From Vampirovibrionales bacterium (lineage in GTDB: Bacteria; Cyanobacteriota; Vampirovibrionia; Vampirovibrionales; JAJTHC01), in the NCBI GenBank assembly GCA_044348005.1, contig JBIKTR010000005.1:11991-75990 (forward strand): DNA of 64,000 bases, read 5' to 3'. Of this stretch, positions 30,111 to 38,802 are shown in pieces. The translations under genes were made by a program, and so were the position numbers. The notes under the pieces are model-generated. The model worked only from the letters and a program-made list of their open reading frames with translations, was not told the origin of the DNA and did no database searches. Every line of letters begins with the position of its first letter. Position 1 is the stretch's first letter.

Positions 30111-30440
30111 ATGTCTTTTGTGACCAATTATGCCATTACAAATATGTATAGTGCCCAACTCTATGATTTACGTTGGGAACAACAATTGATCGCTATGGCT
30201 TCAATGAATCTAGATAATCAGAAAAGTTCATATCAACAGTTAGGTCAAAATATCCGACCTGGTACAATTGAATATGTACAATTTCAACAAATATTACGAA
30301 ATATCATGCTAACTGAAAAGGCTTTATATCTACGTCAACAACAACTTCAACAAACTATACAAATGGTTGAAGCTGCACGAAAAGGTACTGAAGAAGTGGC
30401 GAAAAAAAGTATGGAAAGTACCATGAGCTTTTTTGCATAG
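30111..30440 (+). CDS. Hypothetical Gln-rich small protein
   Basis: ORF in an AT-rich accessory region. Confidence 0.3.
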   Translation: MSFVTNYAITNMYSAQLYDLRWEQQLIAMASMNLDNQKSSYQQLGQNIRPGTIEYVQFQQILRNIMLTEKALYLRQQQLQQTIQMVEAARKGTEEVAKKSMESTMSFFA

Positions 30441-30449
30441 TCTACAAAC

Positions 30450-30720
30450 CACAGAGGGTTCTACCTCACGTGTTAAGTATGGAGTCCCTTCGCGGGGTCT
30501 TGGTGCAAGAGCGAACTAGCCAGCACGTTGAGACACCCAGTTCCGCCATGTTGAGGGACAAGAGCTTGAGGCGTCAACGACAGGGGCTAGTTGCCTTCAC
30601 AACAGCATCGAAATCGCCAGTACCTTGGCGCAACACATCGCGACTCGTTAAGGGGAGCATCGAACAAACACCCCCCTGCCAGAGAGGGAGCACGCATCTC
30701 GTTTCTTATTTCCAGCCCTA
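30450..30720. ncRNA. Candidate structured ncRNA (GC-rich island with nested complementary stems) rather than the predicted CDS 30470..30754
   Basis: GC-rich block in AT-rich surroundings. Long-range pair gcgaactagcc / ggctagttgcc, with a nested cgttgag / ctcaacg-like stem. No good RBS and an odd translated composition. Confidence 0.25.
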
Positions 30721-30787
30721 TTTACAACGTCTGATAATATATATTATGTTCTAATCTACTTTATTAAAAGAAAGGTAACTTTTTAGC

Positions 30788-31456
30788 ATGACTAATTTAA
30801 GTGCAAATGGTGGTTCTTTATCGCAGCCAACTAATCCAACGCGTCGGTTTGGTTCCGAAGCTGTCTCGTATGAATTAAGAGCGTTGACTTCTCCAGATAC
30901 TCTTCCAGCAGATGATGCTGAAACGGCAAGACTTTTAGATGATGGTTGGGCTGATGAGCTTCCTTCTCTCGAAAAATATAAGCGATATGGAGGTAAAGAC
31001 GCGGTTCGTTTTGGGAATCATGAAATCGTTGAAAATACTTATGTCGATGTTATACATGATTCCCCAGTGCATCATTTTTTAGATGCCGTCGAGCCACGTA
31101 TCCCTAAAGATTCCTACGTTAAAAATCCTATTAGCTATTTTACAAGTACTTTAATCAGAGCTAAAGAAAATCAACCCTCTTCACATAATGAGTTTATCGC
31201 TCATCCGCTTGTGGCACAAGCTATGCTAAAGTCTCACGGTAATTTGGGTCGTGCAGAATATAGAGCTTTACCAGTTAATGAGGCATTGGCTAAGTATTTC
31301 CCAAATGTTGTTGAATTATTTACGCAAGTAACGGACCCTGAAAGATGTCGCACTATTTTAGGTGACGCCAGAGCATTGATAGATAAAGCAGATCCTTTCC
31401 ATAGAAAGGGTTTATTCTACCCTGTTTTAGAGATTATTCATCAGTCTATTAGGTAA
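30788..31456 (+). CDS. Hypothetical protein
   Basis: 222-aa ORF, AT-rich. Confidence 0.4.
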   Translation: MTNLSANGGSLSQPTNPTRRFGSEAVSYELRALTSPDTLPADDAETARLLDDGWADELPSLEKYKRYGGKDAVRFGNHEIVENTYVDVIHDSPVHHFLDAVEPRIPKDSYVKNPISYFTSTLIRAKENQPSSHNEFIAHPLVAQAMLKSHGNLGRAEYRALPVNEALAKYFPNVVELFTQVTDPERCRTILGDARALIDKADPFHRKGLFYPVLEIIHQSIR

Positions 31457-31509
31457 GACACGAACTCATCAAAAAGCCCTCGCACATGCGAGGGCTTTGG
31501 CTCTAACAA

Positions 31510-31911
31510 CTACGCCTTCTTGCGAGGGGGCGTCTTGCCCCAATCCTGAAACGATGCCACAAACTCCTTAGGGTCCAACCCCGCTTCTTCGAGCTCTTCC
31601 ATCATGTAATCAAACACAAAGGGGGCCACGTCGTAATCAAGCGCATCCACCCATTTCACCAGCACCGAAATCGGGGGCTTACGACGCTTCTTTTCAAAGT
31701 CGTTGATGCGTTGGGTCGGCACACCGATGACTTCCGCCAGTGCTTTCATCGTCATGCCCATGGCTTGGCGCGTTCGGGTCAACTGCCCAATCACGCTTAG
31801 ATCCACTTTTCGAGGATAAGGAATGCCTCGTTCCTTATAGAACTCTTCAATAGTCATGCTATCAGGATATTTATCATCGTCGTCGTCGTGTAAGTCAATG
31901 TCGATATTCAT
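31510..31911 (-). CDS. higA: HigA-like HTH (XRE family) antitoxin
   Basis: HTH segment MTMKALAEVIGVPTQRINDFEKKRRKP. Lies downstream of and overlapping the higB-like gene. Confidence 0.6.
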   Translation of the reverse strand: MNIDIDLHDDDDDKYPDSMTIEEFYKERGIPYPRKVDLSVIGQLTRTRQAMGMTMKALAEVIGVPTQRINDFEKKRRKPPISVLVKWVDALDYDVAPFVFDYMMEELEEAGLDPKEFVASFQDWGKTPPRKKA

Positions 31912-32167
31912 GGGGTGTAATTCTTTCTATGGTGACAATGGTCTGTGAATTTTCTTCAAAAATGACGCGCCATTGTTTGTTGAGTCTAACGGAACGCAAG
32001 CCTTTTAATTTACCTTTTAGGGCTTCATCTTTATAGCGTTTCATCCGTAAAAACAAGTTGTCTTGATGAACGCCCATAAAGTCAATCCATAAATCAAACG
32101 CTTCTTTAATGTAATATGGCGCCTTATCGTAATCTTTTAGAGCTTGCTTTTTAAGTATAACAGACAT
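31895..32167 (-). CDS. higB: HigB-like (plasmid maintenance system killer) toxin
   Basis: Shares LKGK.KG.RSVRLNKQWRVI with 45064..45336. Toxin-first higBA gene order. Confidence 0.6.
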   Translation of the reverse strand: MSVILKKQALKDYDKAPYYIKEAFDLWIDFMGVHQDNLFLRMKRYKDEALKGKLKGLRSVRLNKQWRVIFEENSQTIVTIERITPHEYRH

Positions 32168-32221
32168 GCAATTTCCTTAAAATGGATGATACACATACTA
32201 TAACCAAATATGGTTACAGTG

Positions 32222-33250
32222 TCAAGCCCCCCAGCGACGCAGCACCTGCGAAAAATGCTGATAAAAACGACGCACCGCCCCTGACGCCAACGCGTCCTTC
32301 ACCACCGCCGTTGCAGAAGCCAACGACTCATGCGGATGCACCAACTGCCACGCCAAGCCCGCATTCAACACCACCTGCCAATAGGCTAAACTCGCCGCAT
32401 CGTGACCTTCAATCATGTCAAAAAAGCGTTGCCGATTCGCGTGAGGCGACAGATCGAGGGCGGGGGCGCTTTCGATGACGTCTGATGGGGTTAAAAATGG
32501 CGCCAGCTCTAGCATTAAAGGCCGTTTTTTACCGATGTACAAGCCCTTGGTGCTTAGTTGTGGATGCCCTTCATCTAACCCGTTAGACGCCCTCACCAGT
32601 AGGCTGTAAACGTTCCCTAAATCGGGCGTTTCCAGTAATTCCCCCAGCGGAAGCATCAACGCCGAATGTGAACACCCCAGCAGTCGATGCGTGGGGCAGG
32701 TCGGATTCAACAACGGCCCCAAGAAGTTGAACGCCGTGGGATGCCCAACCCGCTTGCGAAAGGGGGCGAGCTTTGCCAAGCTGGGGTAGACTTGTGGAGC
32801 CATTAAAAACGACAGGCCTGTCTGTTCAAGTAGCGGGAAAACGGCGTGATTGGCTAAAGGCGTCGGCACGCCCAAGGCTTCTAAAAAATCGAAGCTCCCT
32901 GAGGCGGAAGTCGCCGCACGATTGCCAAACTTCAACACAGGCACGCCTAAGCTTGCCAGCACAAAGGCCACGGCAGTCGATGTATTAAAACTTGAAAGGC
33001 CACTGCCTCCCGTTCCGCAGGTGTCTAGCAGGATGCTTGGTTTTTGTGGAAAGGTTTGAAAGTCGCGAACTTGACGGGACCAGATCGCGGTATGTAACAA
33101 GCGTAAAGCTTCTGGAGTAAGCGTTTGAGCGTGAAGACTCTTGAACCGTTGAAGCATCAGGGCGTCGTCTTCTTGAGCGTCTAAAAAACGATGGATTGTC
33201 GATGTTTCAGCCAACCACGCGAGCGTGTCGGGGAGGTTCACGGCGCTCAT
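32222..33250 (-). CDS. trpD: Anthranilate phosphoribosyltransferase
   Basis: Carries the CGTGGSG motif and the characteristic PRT fold sequence. Confidence 0.85.
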   Translation of the reverse strand: MSAVNLPDTLAWLAETSTIHRFLDAQEDDALMLQRFKSLHAQTLTPEALRLLHTAIWSRQVRDFQTFPQKPSILLDTCGTGGSGLSSFNTSTAVAFVLASLGVPVLKFGNRAATSASGSFDFLEALGVPTPLANHAVFPLLEQTGLSFLMAPQVYPSLAKLAPFRKRVGHPTAFNFLGPLLNPTCPTHRLLGCSHSALMLPLGELLETPDLGNVYSLLVRASNGLDEGHPQLSTKGLYIGKKRPLMLELAPFLTPSDVIESAPALDLSPHANRQRFFDMIEGHDAASLAYWQVVLNAGLAWQLVHPHESLASATAVVKDALASGAVRRFYQHFSQVLRRWGA

Positions 33251-33843
33251 TAAACACGTTCCACAAAGTTTTGAAGCAGGCGCTGTCCTTCAGGCGTACC
33301 AATACTTTCAGGGTGAAATTGTACGCCGTATAAGGGCAGCGATGTATGTTGCACGCCCATAATTAAGCCGTGGGTTGTGTCCTTACAAGTGACTTTAAGC
33401 ACACTGGGCAAGGTGGCCTCTTCCACGACTAAGGAATGGTAACGCATGGCCTGAAAGGGGCGAGGCAGGCCCACAAAAAGGGGGCAGTCTTCATCTAACA
33501 CGTCTATTTCAGACGTTTTGCCATGAACGATGGCAGGGGCCTGCACGACGTTGGCGCCATAGACGCTAGAAAGCCCTTGATGCCCCAAACACACGCCCAA
33601 AATCGGGATGCCGTGCGTGGCTTGTGTGGCTATTAAATCCCGGCAAACGCCGAAATCGCTCGCGACATCGGGGTGGCCAGGCCCTGGGGACAAGATGATT
33701 TTTTCTGGCTGAAGGGCCAGTAGTTCTTCACAGGTTTTTTCGTCATTACGAAACACCCACACCGGCACCGTACTGATTGCCTGCACCATTTGAAAGAGGT
33801 TGAAGGTGAATGAATCGTAGTTGTCAATCAAAACAATGGGCAT
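33250..33843 (-). CDS. trpG: Anthranilate synthase component II / glutamine amidotransferase
   Basis: GVCLGHQ catalytic Cys motif. Stop/start overlap (ATGA) with trpD. Confidence 0.8.
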   Translation of the reverse strand: MPIVLIDNYDSFTFNLFQMVQAISTVPVWVFRNDEKTCEELLALQPEKIILSPGPGHPDVASDFGVCRDLIATQATHGIPILGVCLGHQGLSSVYGANVVQAPAIVHGKTSEIDVLDEDCPLFVGLPRPFQAMRYHSLVVEEATLPSVLKVTCKDTTHGLIMGVQHTSLPLYGVQFHPESIGTPEGQRLLQNFVERV

Positions 33844-33880
33844 GGGCGTTGGACTCCTTTAGCATTCGCGAAAACAAAAT

Positions 33881-33992
33881 GCCTTGTTCCTTCTCCCTTT
33901 GGGAGAAGGTTAGGATGAGGGAAACACTCGCTAAAATGGGTATCGCCGATTCCCTCACCCCAGCCCTCTCCCAAAGGGAGAGGGAGCAAAGC
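33881..33992. repeat. GC-rich REP/MITE-like element copy (CCTCACCCCAGCCCTCTCCCAAAGGGAGAGGGAG core)
   Basis: Shares the core with copies at 21815, 40390 and 56880. Also contains a ttctccctttgggagaa hairpin. Confidence 0.7.
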
Positions 33993-34081
33993 TACTTTTA
34001 CAGCGCTTTTGTACTTTACTACTCTAGCACAAAAATAACTTCACTGGGCTTTATGCCACTAAGAAATAAGGATGATGTTTC

Positions 34082-36265
34082 GTGATACCCAAGACGACGT
34101 TCCCCCAAGCCAAGCCTCCCTATGCAACCACGGCGACGACGGCCAATCCCGTTCCCGCCCCTATTTACGTGCCAGAAGGGATGTTTCACCACAACAAGGC
34201 CTTGCCTTATGTCATGGCCACAGGCGTTGGGTTGGGAATAGCCGTCTTGGGGGCAGGGGCCTACACCCTGGCCAACATCTCACATTCCAGCGGACGCCTT
34301 CAACAGTGGATTACAAAAGATCTCAAAACCATGGCCACCCATATGGATCTACAAGAAAAAGGCCAAGCCCTCAAGATTCAGTATCGTGATTTGCCCGATT
34401 CGTTTAAGTCATTGCGCACGTTGAAGCTGAATTTTGATCGTCCTTTTTTTGATGACGTTGAAGTGGTAAAGAACGGCAAACGGGTTATTGAAAAACGCTT
34501 AAACGCCAAAGAATTGAGCGAACATGTGGCCGAATGGATTCCCTTTATTGGCACGCTGTTTAATGGGTTTCCGCGTCGAACGCGCCTTGCGGTTGTCGGC
34601 TATTTCTTTTCCCCCACGTTTTGGATGAAAGACCTCTTTTCTCAAGACGCCATGTGGCTTAAAAAGCTCTTAAGCATTGCAGGCACCCCTGCTAAAAAAA
34701 TCACGCAACAGCTTGCTGAAGTCGTCAAGATGGCGTTGCCCTTAGACGAACTGGATAAGGCGGTAGCCAGTATGCACAAGCGATCAGCGGAATTGTTTCA
34801 GGAAGCGATCGCCTTTAATCCCAAAGGTCAGAACAGTCGCTTTCAAAATTTAACAGAAGCACTAGTGGCTAAGTTTATTGCCACTATGGCCAAACCCATG
34901 TATGTGGCCATGAACGACTTGCAAGACAACGCCCCCGCCTTACCCATAGGGGTGCTGGTTAAACAAATGGCGCCTTATTTTAAGAAGCAGTACCCAAAAC
35001 TGAGTCTTTCCCCACATAAATTCAAGATTTTTGCGGTGGCTTCGGTTGGGCATATTGTCACGCATGAAGATCTCCCGAATCGGGCGTTTAAAGTGATTCG
35101 CCCCATTGACAATGAAAACCTGCTGGCCACTGGGCGTGCCATTCACGGCGTAATTACCACCTTGGGGCCTGAAATCGTGAAACCTTTGTTGGGTTCAGGC
35201 AATCTACAAAACCCTCAACGTTTGAATCGATTGATGGAAACCCAAGAGTTCAGCACCTTGTCGTATCAGTTTTGCTTGCAGTTTTTAAGGGGACTCCAAA
35301 AGGAAGGCGATATTGCCCGAGAATTTGAAGCCACCAAGGCCTTTAGAACGCATTATCATGGGCATCATGGTTTAATTGTGCCTGAAGTTTTCGGCCGAGA
35401 CGAGCAAAACGGAATCATTGAAATGGAACTCATTAAAGATTCCTTGAGCATGAAAAACCTAGAAGCCCGCAGCATTGACCCCAAACAGCCCCACTATAGT
35501 CAAGAATATAAGCGAATTAAGGCCCAAGCCTTTTACGGCCTTTTACAAGGATGGCTTGATTTTTCCGACACCCACATCGTTCATACGGATCTTCACGGCG
35601 GTCAATTTCGCCTCCAAAAAGGCAGCAAAAAAATCGCCTTGCTTGATTTTGGCGCCTTTTTGTCGTTCACGCCTGAAACGCGCCAACGTATTGTAGACAC
35701 CCTACTGACCGCTCATTTAAACAAGGCCTATTACCTCAAAGGCCAGCAACCGCCTAGGCAAAGAAGTGTGAGTGCAGTGGCGTCGAAGTTGGGGTCTGGG
35801 TTGAATGAGATTCAAAATAACCGTCGACTCACGGAACTATTTAGTCGTTTAGATGACCCCCTGACGTTTACGTCTATAGGCGTGATGCACGGCCTTAAAG
35901 GGGATGGCGTCAATCAATGGGCAGTGGGCTATGACATGAAAAAACTAAACACCTTTGGCAAAAGCGTGGCGTGGGATGAAGCGGATTTATCGGCATTGAA
36001 TGTGCAAGAGCGAAAGGCCCTACAATTTATGAGGCTTGAAACCTTAGAACGCGATGTGGATCAATTGCTGGCGTCGATGTTAAAGCAGTCGAGTTTGACG
36101 TTTAAGGCTGGTGAAATAGCGTCCATTCGGGAAAGTTTACGCAACGAATTTTTAAGTACCTTTAAACCCTACATTATAGGGGCAGAAAACGAACAAGTGC
36201 AATTTTTACAGGAAGAGCATCCACGTAGTTTTTCTGGGTTCTTTGGAAGAAAGCGTCAGAAGTAA
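34082..36265 (+). CDS. Membrane-anchored atypical kinase-like protein (UbiB/ABC1-like fold suggested)
   Basis: N-terminal TM segment. HTDLHGGQF (HxDxHxGN-like) followed by LLDFGAF (DFG). Confidence 0.35.
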   Translation: MIPKTTFPQAKPPYATTATTANPVPAPIYVPEGMFHHNKALPYVMATGVGLGIAVLGAGAYTLANISHSSGRLQQWITKDLKTMATHMDLQEKGQALKIQYRDLPDSFKSLRTLKLNFDRPFFDDVEVVKNGKRVIEKRLNAKELSEHVAEWIPFIGTLFNGFPRRTRLAVVGYFFSPTFWMKDLFSQDAMWLKKLLSIAGTPAKKITQQLAEVVKMALPLDELDKAVASMHKRSAELFQEAIAFNPKGQNSRFQNLTEALVAKFIATMAKPMYVAMNDLQDNAPALPIGVLVKQMAPYFKKQYPKLSLSPHKFKIFAVASVGHIVTHEDLPNRAFKVIRPIDNENLLATGRAIHGVITTLGPEIVKPLLGSGNLQNPQRLNRLMETQEFSTLSYQFCLQFLRGLQKEGDIAREFEATKAFRTHYHGHHGLIVPEVFGRDEQNGIIEMELIKDSLSMKNLEARSIDPKQPHYSQEYKRIKAQAFYGLLQGWLDFSDTHIVHTDLHGGQFRLQKGSKKIALLDFGAFLSFTPETRQRIVDTLLTAHLNKAYYLKGQQPPRQRSVSAVASKLGSGLNEIQNNRRLTELFSRLDDPLTFTSIGVMHGLKGDGVNQWAVGYDMKKLNTFGKSVAWDEADLSALNVQERKALQFMRLETLERDVDQLLASMLKQSSLTFKAGEIASIRESLRNEFLSTFKPYIIGAENEQVQFLQEEHPRSFSGFFGRKRQK

Positions 36266-36437
36266 GTTGATTCATCTCTCACTTTTTAAAACCCTCTAAA
36301 AAGTATGCCAGCTCTCAAAATAACGATTTAAAACATAATATATAAAAACACCACTACAGGTATTCTTATACAAAGACAAAACACGGTAAACGATTATTTG
36401 TGCGGGGCACATAAAAAATGTTTCGAAATGTAAAGAC

Positions 36438-38240
36438 TTGAACTATAATAAACCCATGTACACTTCTTCCGCGCCCCACATTGTGCTTGACGCCACCGCC
36501 CTGCCGTTTGCCCTGCAAACAGGCACCCATAGCCACGAAGACTGGCGACTCATGCTCATTTCCCTCAACTGGATTCACGAACGCTATAGCCAGCATCCGG
36601 AAAATATGGGCAAGGTGTACTGGAATAGTCGCACGGTGCAAGGCTTTATGACCCTGCTTCAACTTCACCCCAAGCTCATTCGCCAGTGGAGGCAAGACGA
36701 CCCGCGACTCGAAGAGCTGCTACACCATTCACCCGTGGCCAAAGGCATTTGGCAAGCCTTCCACGCCCTAGAAGCTTCAGCTCATCGCCAAGTGGAAAAA
36801 CTCCCCTTTCACCTGCAAGACAAACTCTACCCGCTCGCGCGATATTTAGAACATCGTTCCACGATGTTTGAACTCAATCGCTATGTTGAACAGGGCGCGA
36901 CTCGTACGATGGTGCATAGCCTTGGCCTGCCTATTTCAGCCGAACACGCCGACACTGTTGACGTCATTACCGTGGCGGATGTTTCCCTGCTTCAGTTGCT
37001 TGAATCCGCCACCACCATTCGTGAGTTGCCCAAAAAACAAGCCCTGCTCAAACAACAATTAAGCTATGTGCATGAAGGGCACCGATTGGTGAGTTGGGAC
37101 GCTGAAACGGCGGATCTCCTCAAAGAAAACCTCCCCCACTTGTACGACGTTCACGTGAATGTGGCTCCACCGTGTTGGCTTATGGAAATGCCGGCAAGCT
37201 TGTCTCAAGGCACTTCAGCAGATGCCCCAGAACGCCTTGAAAAGGCCTTTCAAGCCTGGTGTGTGCAGCATCGCTGGGTGAAGACGAAACATGAACCCAC
37301 CCTAGTGGAAGCGGATGAAGCGTCCCAAGGGGGTGAAACGAGCATTGAATCCGCGTTAGAATCCATGAAAAGTAGCTTGTCACTTTCTAGTGAAGATATT
37401 AAAGAACTGCTTGAATTGGCGGAAGATCCAGATATTGAAGTCGTGTTGCATTATCAAGAAGCTGAATCAGATACGCCAGAAGCACCTGAGCGCATCGATG
37501 CCCTAGAAGCTAAAGAAACGAAAGATTTAACGAAAGAAAATAAAGAATTCGCTAAAGAAAATAAAGAAATGAAAGAAAATAAACTTTATTTTATTTCGTC
37601 TTCTGAATACCTGATTATTTCTTTGAGAGATGAAGCGCATGAAGATTTTGAAAGCACCCTAAGTTTGGCGTTGATGGCACTTTTTAATGCCTATGAATAT
37701 GAACCTGAAGAAGCCGATGGGGAAGGGGTGGGCATTCAACGCTTGGCCTACCACCTGATTCGCCAAAACGGGCGAGCGGTGGCCCAGCAAGGCCAACGGC
37801 GCTTAATGATTTTTTATAGCCCAGGGCAGTTTTTACACATCCGTGCGGAAGTGAAGAAGCATCCGCTTTATGCGTATGTGGCGGAACGTGTTATTTTAAT
37901 GCCTTCTACAGCGTATAATAAGGCCATGTTTTACCCAAAGGCGCTGGCCTTTTGCGTCGTGCCAACAGGTAAAACCTTCTACCCTACCATTTTAGAAGCC
38001 ATGGCTTATTCGCTCCCGATTGTGGCGCCAAAACGCCTTTCTTTTGAAGTTTTGGCCAAAGAAGGAGGCTTCTATTTTAACCCAGAACGCCCCACAAAAC
38101 TGCCCACCGTGCTTTACAAACTTTCCCAAGCCGAGACAAATCGAAGCAAGCGTGCTAAACTAATGGCACGACGTACGGCTGAAACGCGTAATTGGCAACG
38201 CTTTGGTGAACAATTATGGAAGGCCTACGAGTTACAATAG
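36438..38240 (+). CDS. Glycosyltransferase family 4-like protein carrying an in-frame repeat-element insertion
   Basis: C-terminal GT4-type EAMAYSLPIVA motif. Low-complexity insert EAKETKDLTKENKEFAKENKEMKENK at nt 37508-37620. Confidence 0.5.
   Translation: MNYNKPMYTSSAPHIVLDATALPFALQTGTHSHEDWRLMLISLNWIHERYSQHPENMGKVYWNSRTVQGFMTLLQLHPKLIRQWRQDDPRLEELLHHSPVAKGIWQAFHALEASAHRQVEKLPFHLQDKLYPLARYLEHRSTMFELNRYVEQGATRTMVHSLGLPISAEHADTVDVITVADVSLLQLLESATTIRELPKKQALLKQQLSYVHEGHRLVSWDAETADLLKENLPHLYDVHVNVAPPCWLMEMPASLSQGTSADAPERLEKAFQAWCVQHRWVKTKHEPTLVEADEASQGGETSIESALESMKSSLSLSSEDIKELLELAEDPDIEVVLHYQEAESDTPEAPERIDALEAKETKDLTKENKEFAKENKEMKENKLYFISSSEYLIISLRDEAHEDFESTLSLALMALFNAYEYEPEEADGEGVGIQRLAYHLIRQNGRAVAQQGQRRLMIFYSPGQFLHIRAEVKKHPLYAYVAERVILMPSTAYNKAMFYPKALAFCVVPTGKTFYPTILEAMAYSLPIVAPKRLSFEVLAKEGGFYFNPERPTKLPTVLYKLSQAETNRSKRAKLMARRTAETRNWQRFGEQLWKAYELQ
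37508..37620. repeat. AT-rich ACGAAAGAAA-type palindromic element inserted in frame inside CDS 36438..38240
   Basis: Units gaaacgaaagatttaacgaaagaaaataaagaa, then a complementary arm tttattttatttcgtc. Confidence 0.7.
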
Positions 38241-38276
38241 CAAGCCCCCTTTTCTTGTGAAAAAAGGAACGAAAAC

Positions 38277-38792
38277 GTGTTTTTAAAACCCGACTACATT
38301 TTTAGTGATTTAACGCAATTAAAACCTGAACATCTTGAAAAAATAGGCGTAAGCGGCCTTATTTTTGATTTGGACAACACACTCATGCCCCCCCACACTC
38401 AGCGATTGCAAGACTACGTTTCACAATGGCTAGAAGGCCTCTGCCAAGCGGGATTTCCCTTTGTTGTGGTGAGCAATAATAAGGATCTCGCCTATCTCAA
38501 GCAGGCGGAACATTTGTTTAATGTGCCTGTGCTTGGCCCAGCCAGAAAGCCCAGCACGCGCATGATTAAACAAGCCATTGCGTGGCTCCAACTACCGCCC
38601 CAAGCCGTTGCGGTGATTGGAGATAGACCGCTTACGGATTTGTGGTCAGGGCAGCGGGCGGGGTGTAAAACCATTTTAGTTGATCCGTTAATGAGGGCAA
38701 ACGAACGTGGGATCATCCACCTTTTACGAACATTGGAACGCCTGCCTGTTAGCGTCCCTAAACACACCCAAGAACACCTTTATTCCCTGTGA
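38277..38792 (+). CDS. HAD-superfamily phosphatase (YqeG-like)
   Basis: FDLDNTL motif I and VVVSNN. Confidence 0.6.
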   Translation: MFLKPDYIFSDLTQLKPEHLEKIGVSGLIFDLDNTLMPPHTQRLQDYVSQWLEGLCQAGFPFVVVSNNKDLAYLKQAEHLFNVPVLGPARKPSTRMIKQAIAWLQLPPQAVAVIGDRPLTDLWSGQRAGCKTILVDPLMRANERGIIHLLRTLERLPVSVPKHTQEHLYSL

Positions 38793-38802
38793 TGAAGCGG
38801 GG

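Noticed and set aside
30470-30754. 94-aa ORF in the GC-rich island
   Set aside because: No RBS, an implausible composition, and abundant nested stems. It is treated as a candidate ncRNA instead.
36366-36695. 109-aa minus ORF overlapping the start of 36438..38240
   Set aside because: It is antisense to a well-supported gene and to its promoter region, and has no motif.
38707-38802. The N-terminal extension (MGSSTFYEHWN…) of the anmK ORF
   Set aside because: It overlaps the 3' end of the upstream HAD gene. The conserved AnmK N-terminus (GRFIGVMSGTSLD) begins later, so an alternative start near 38803 is preferred, though not certain.
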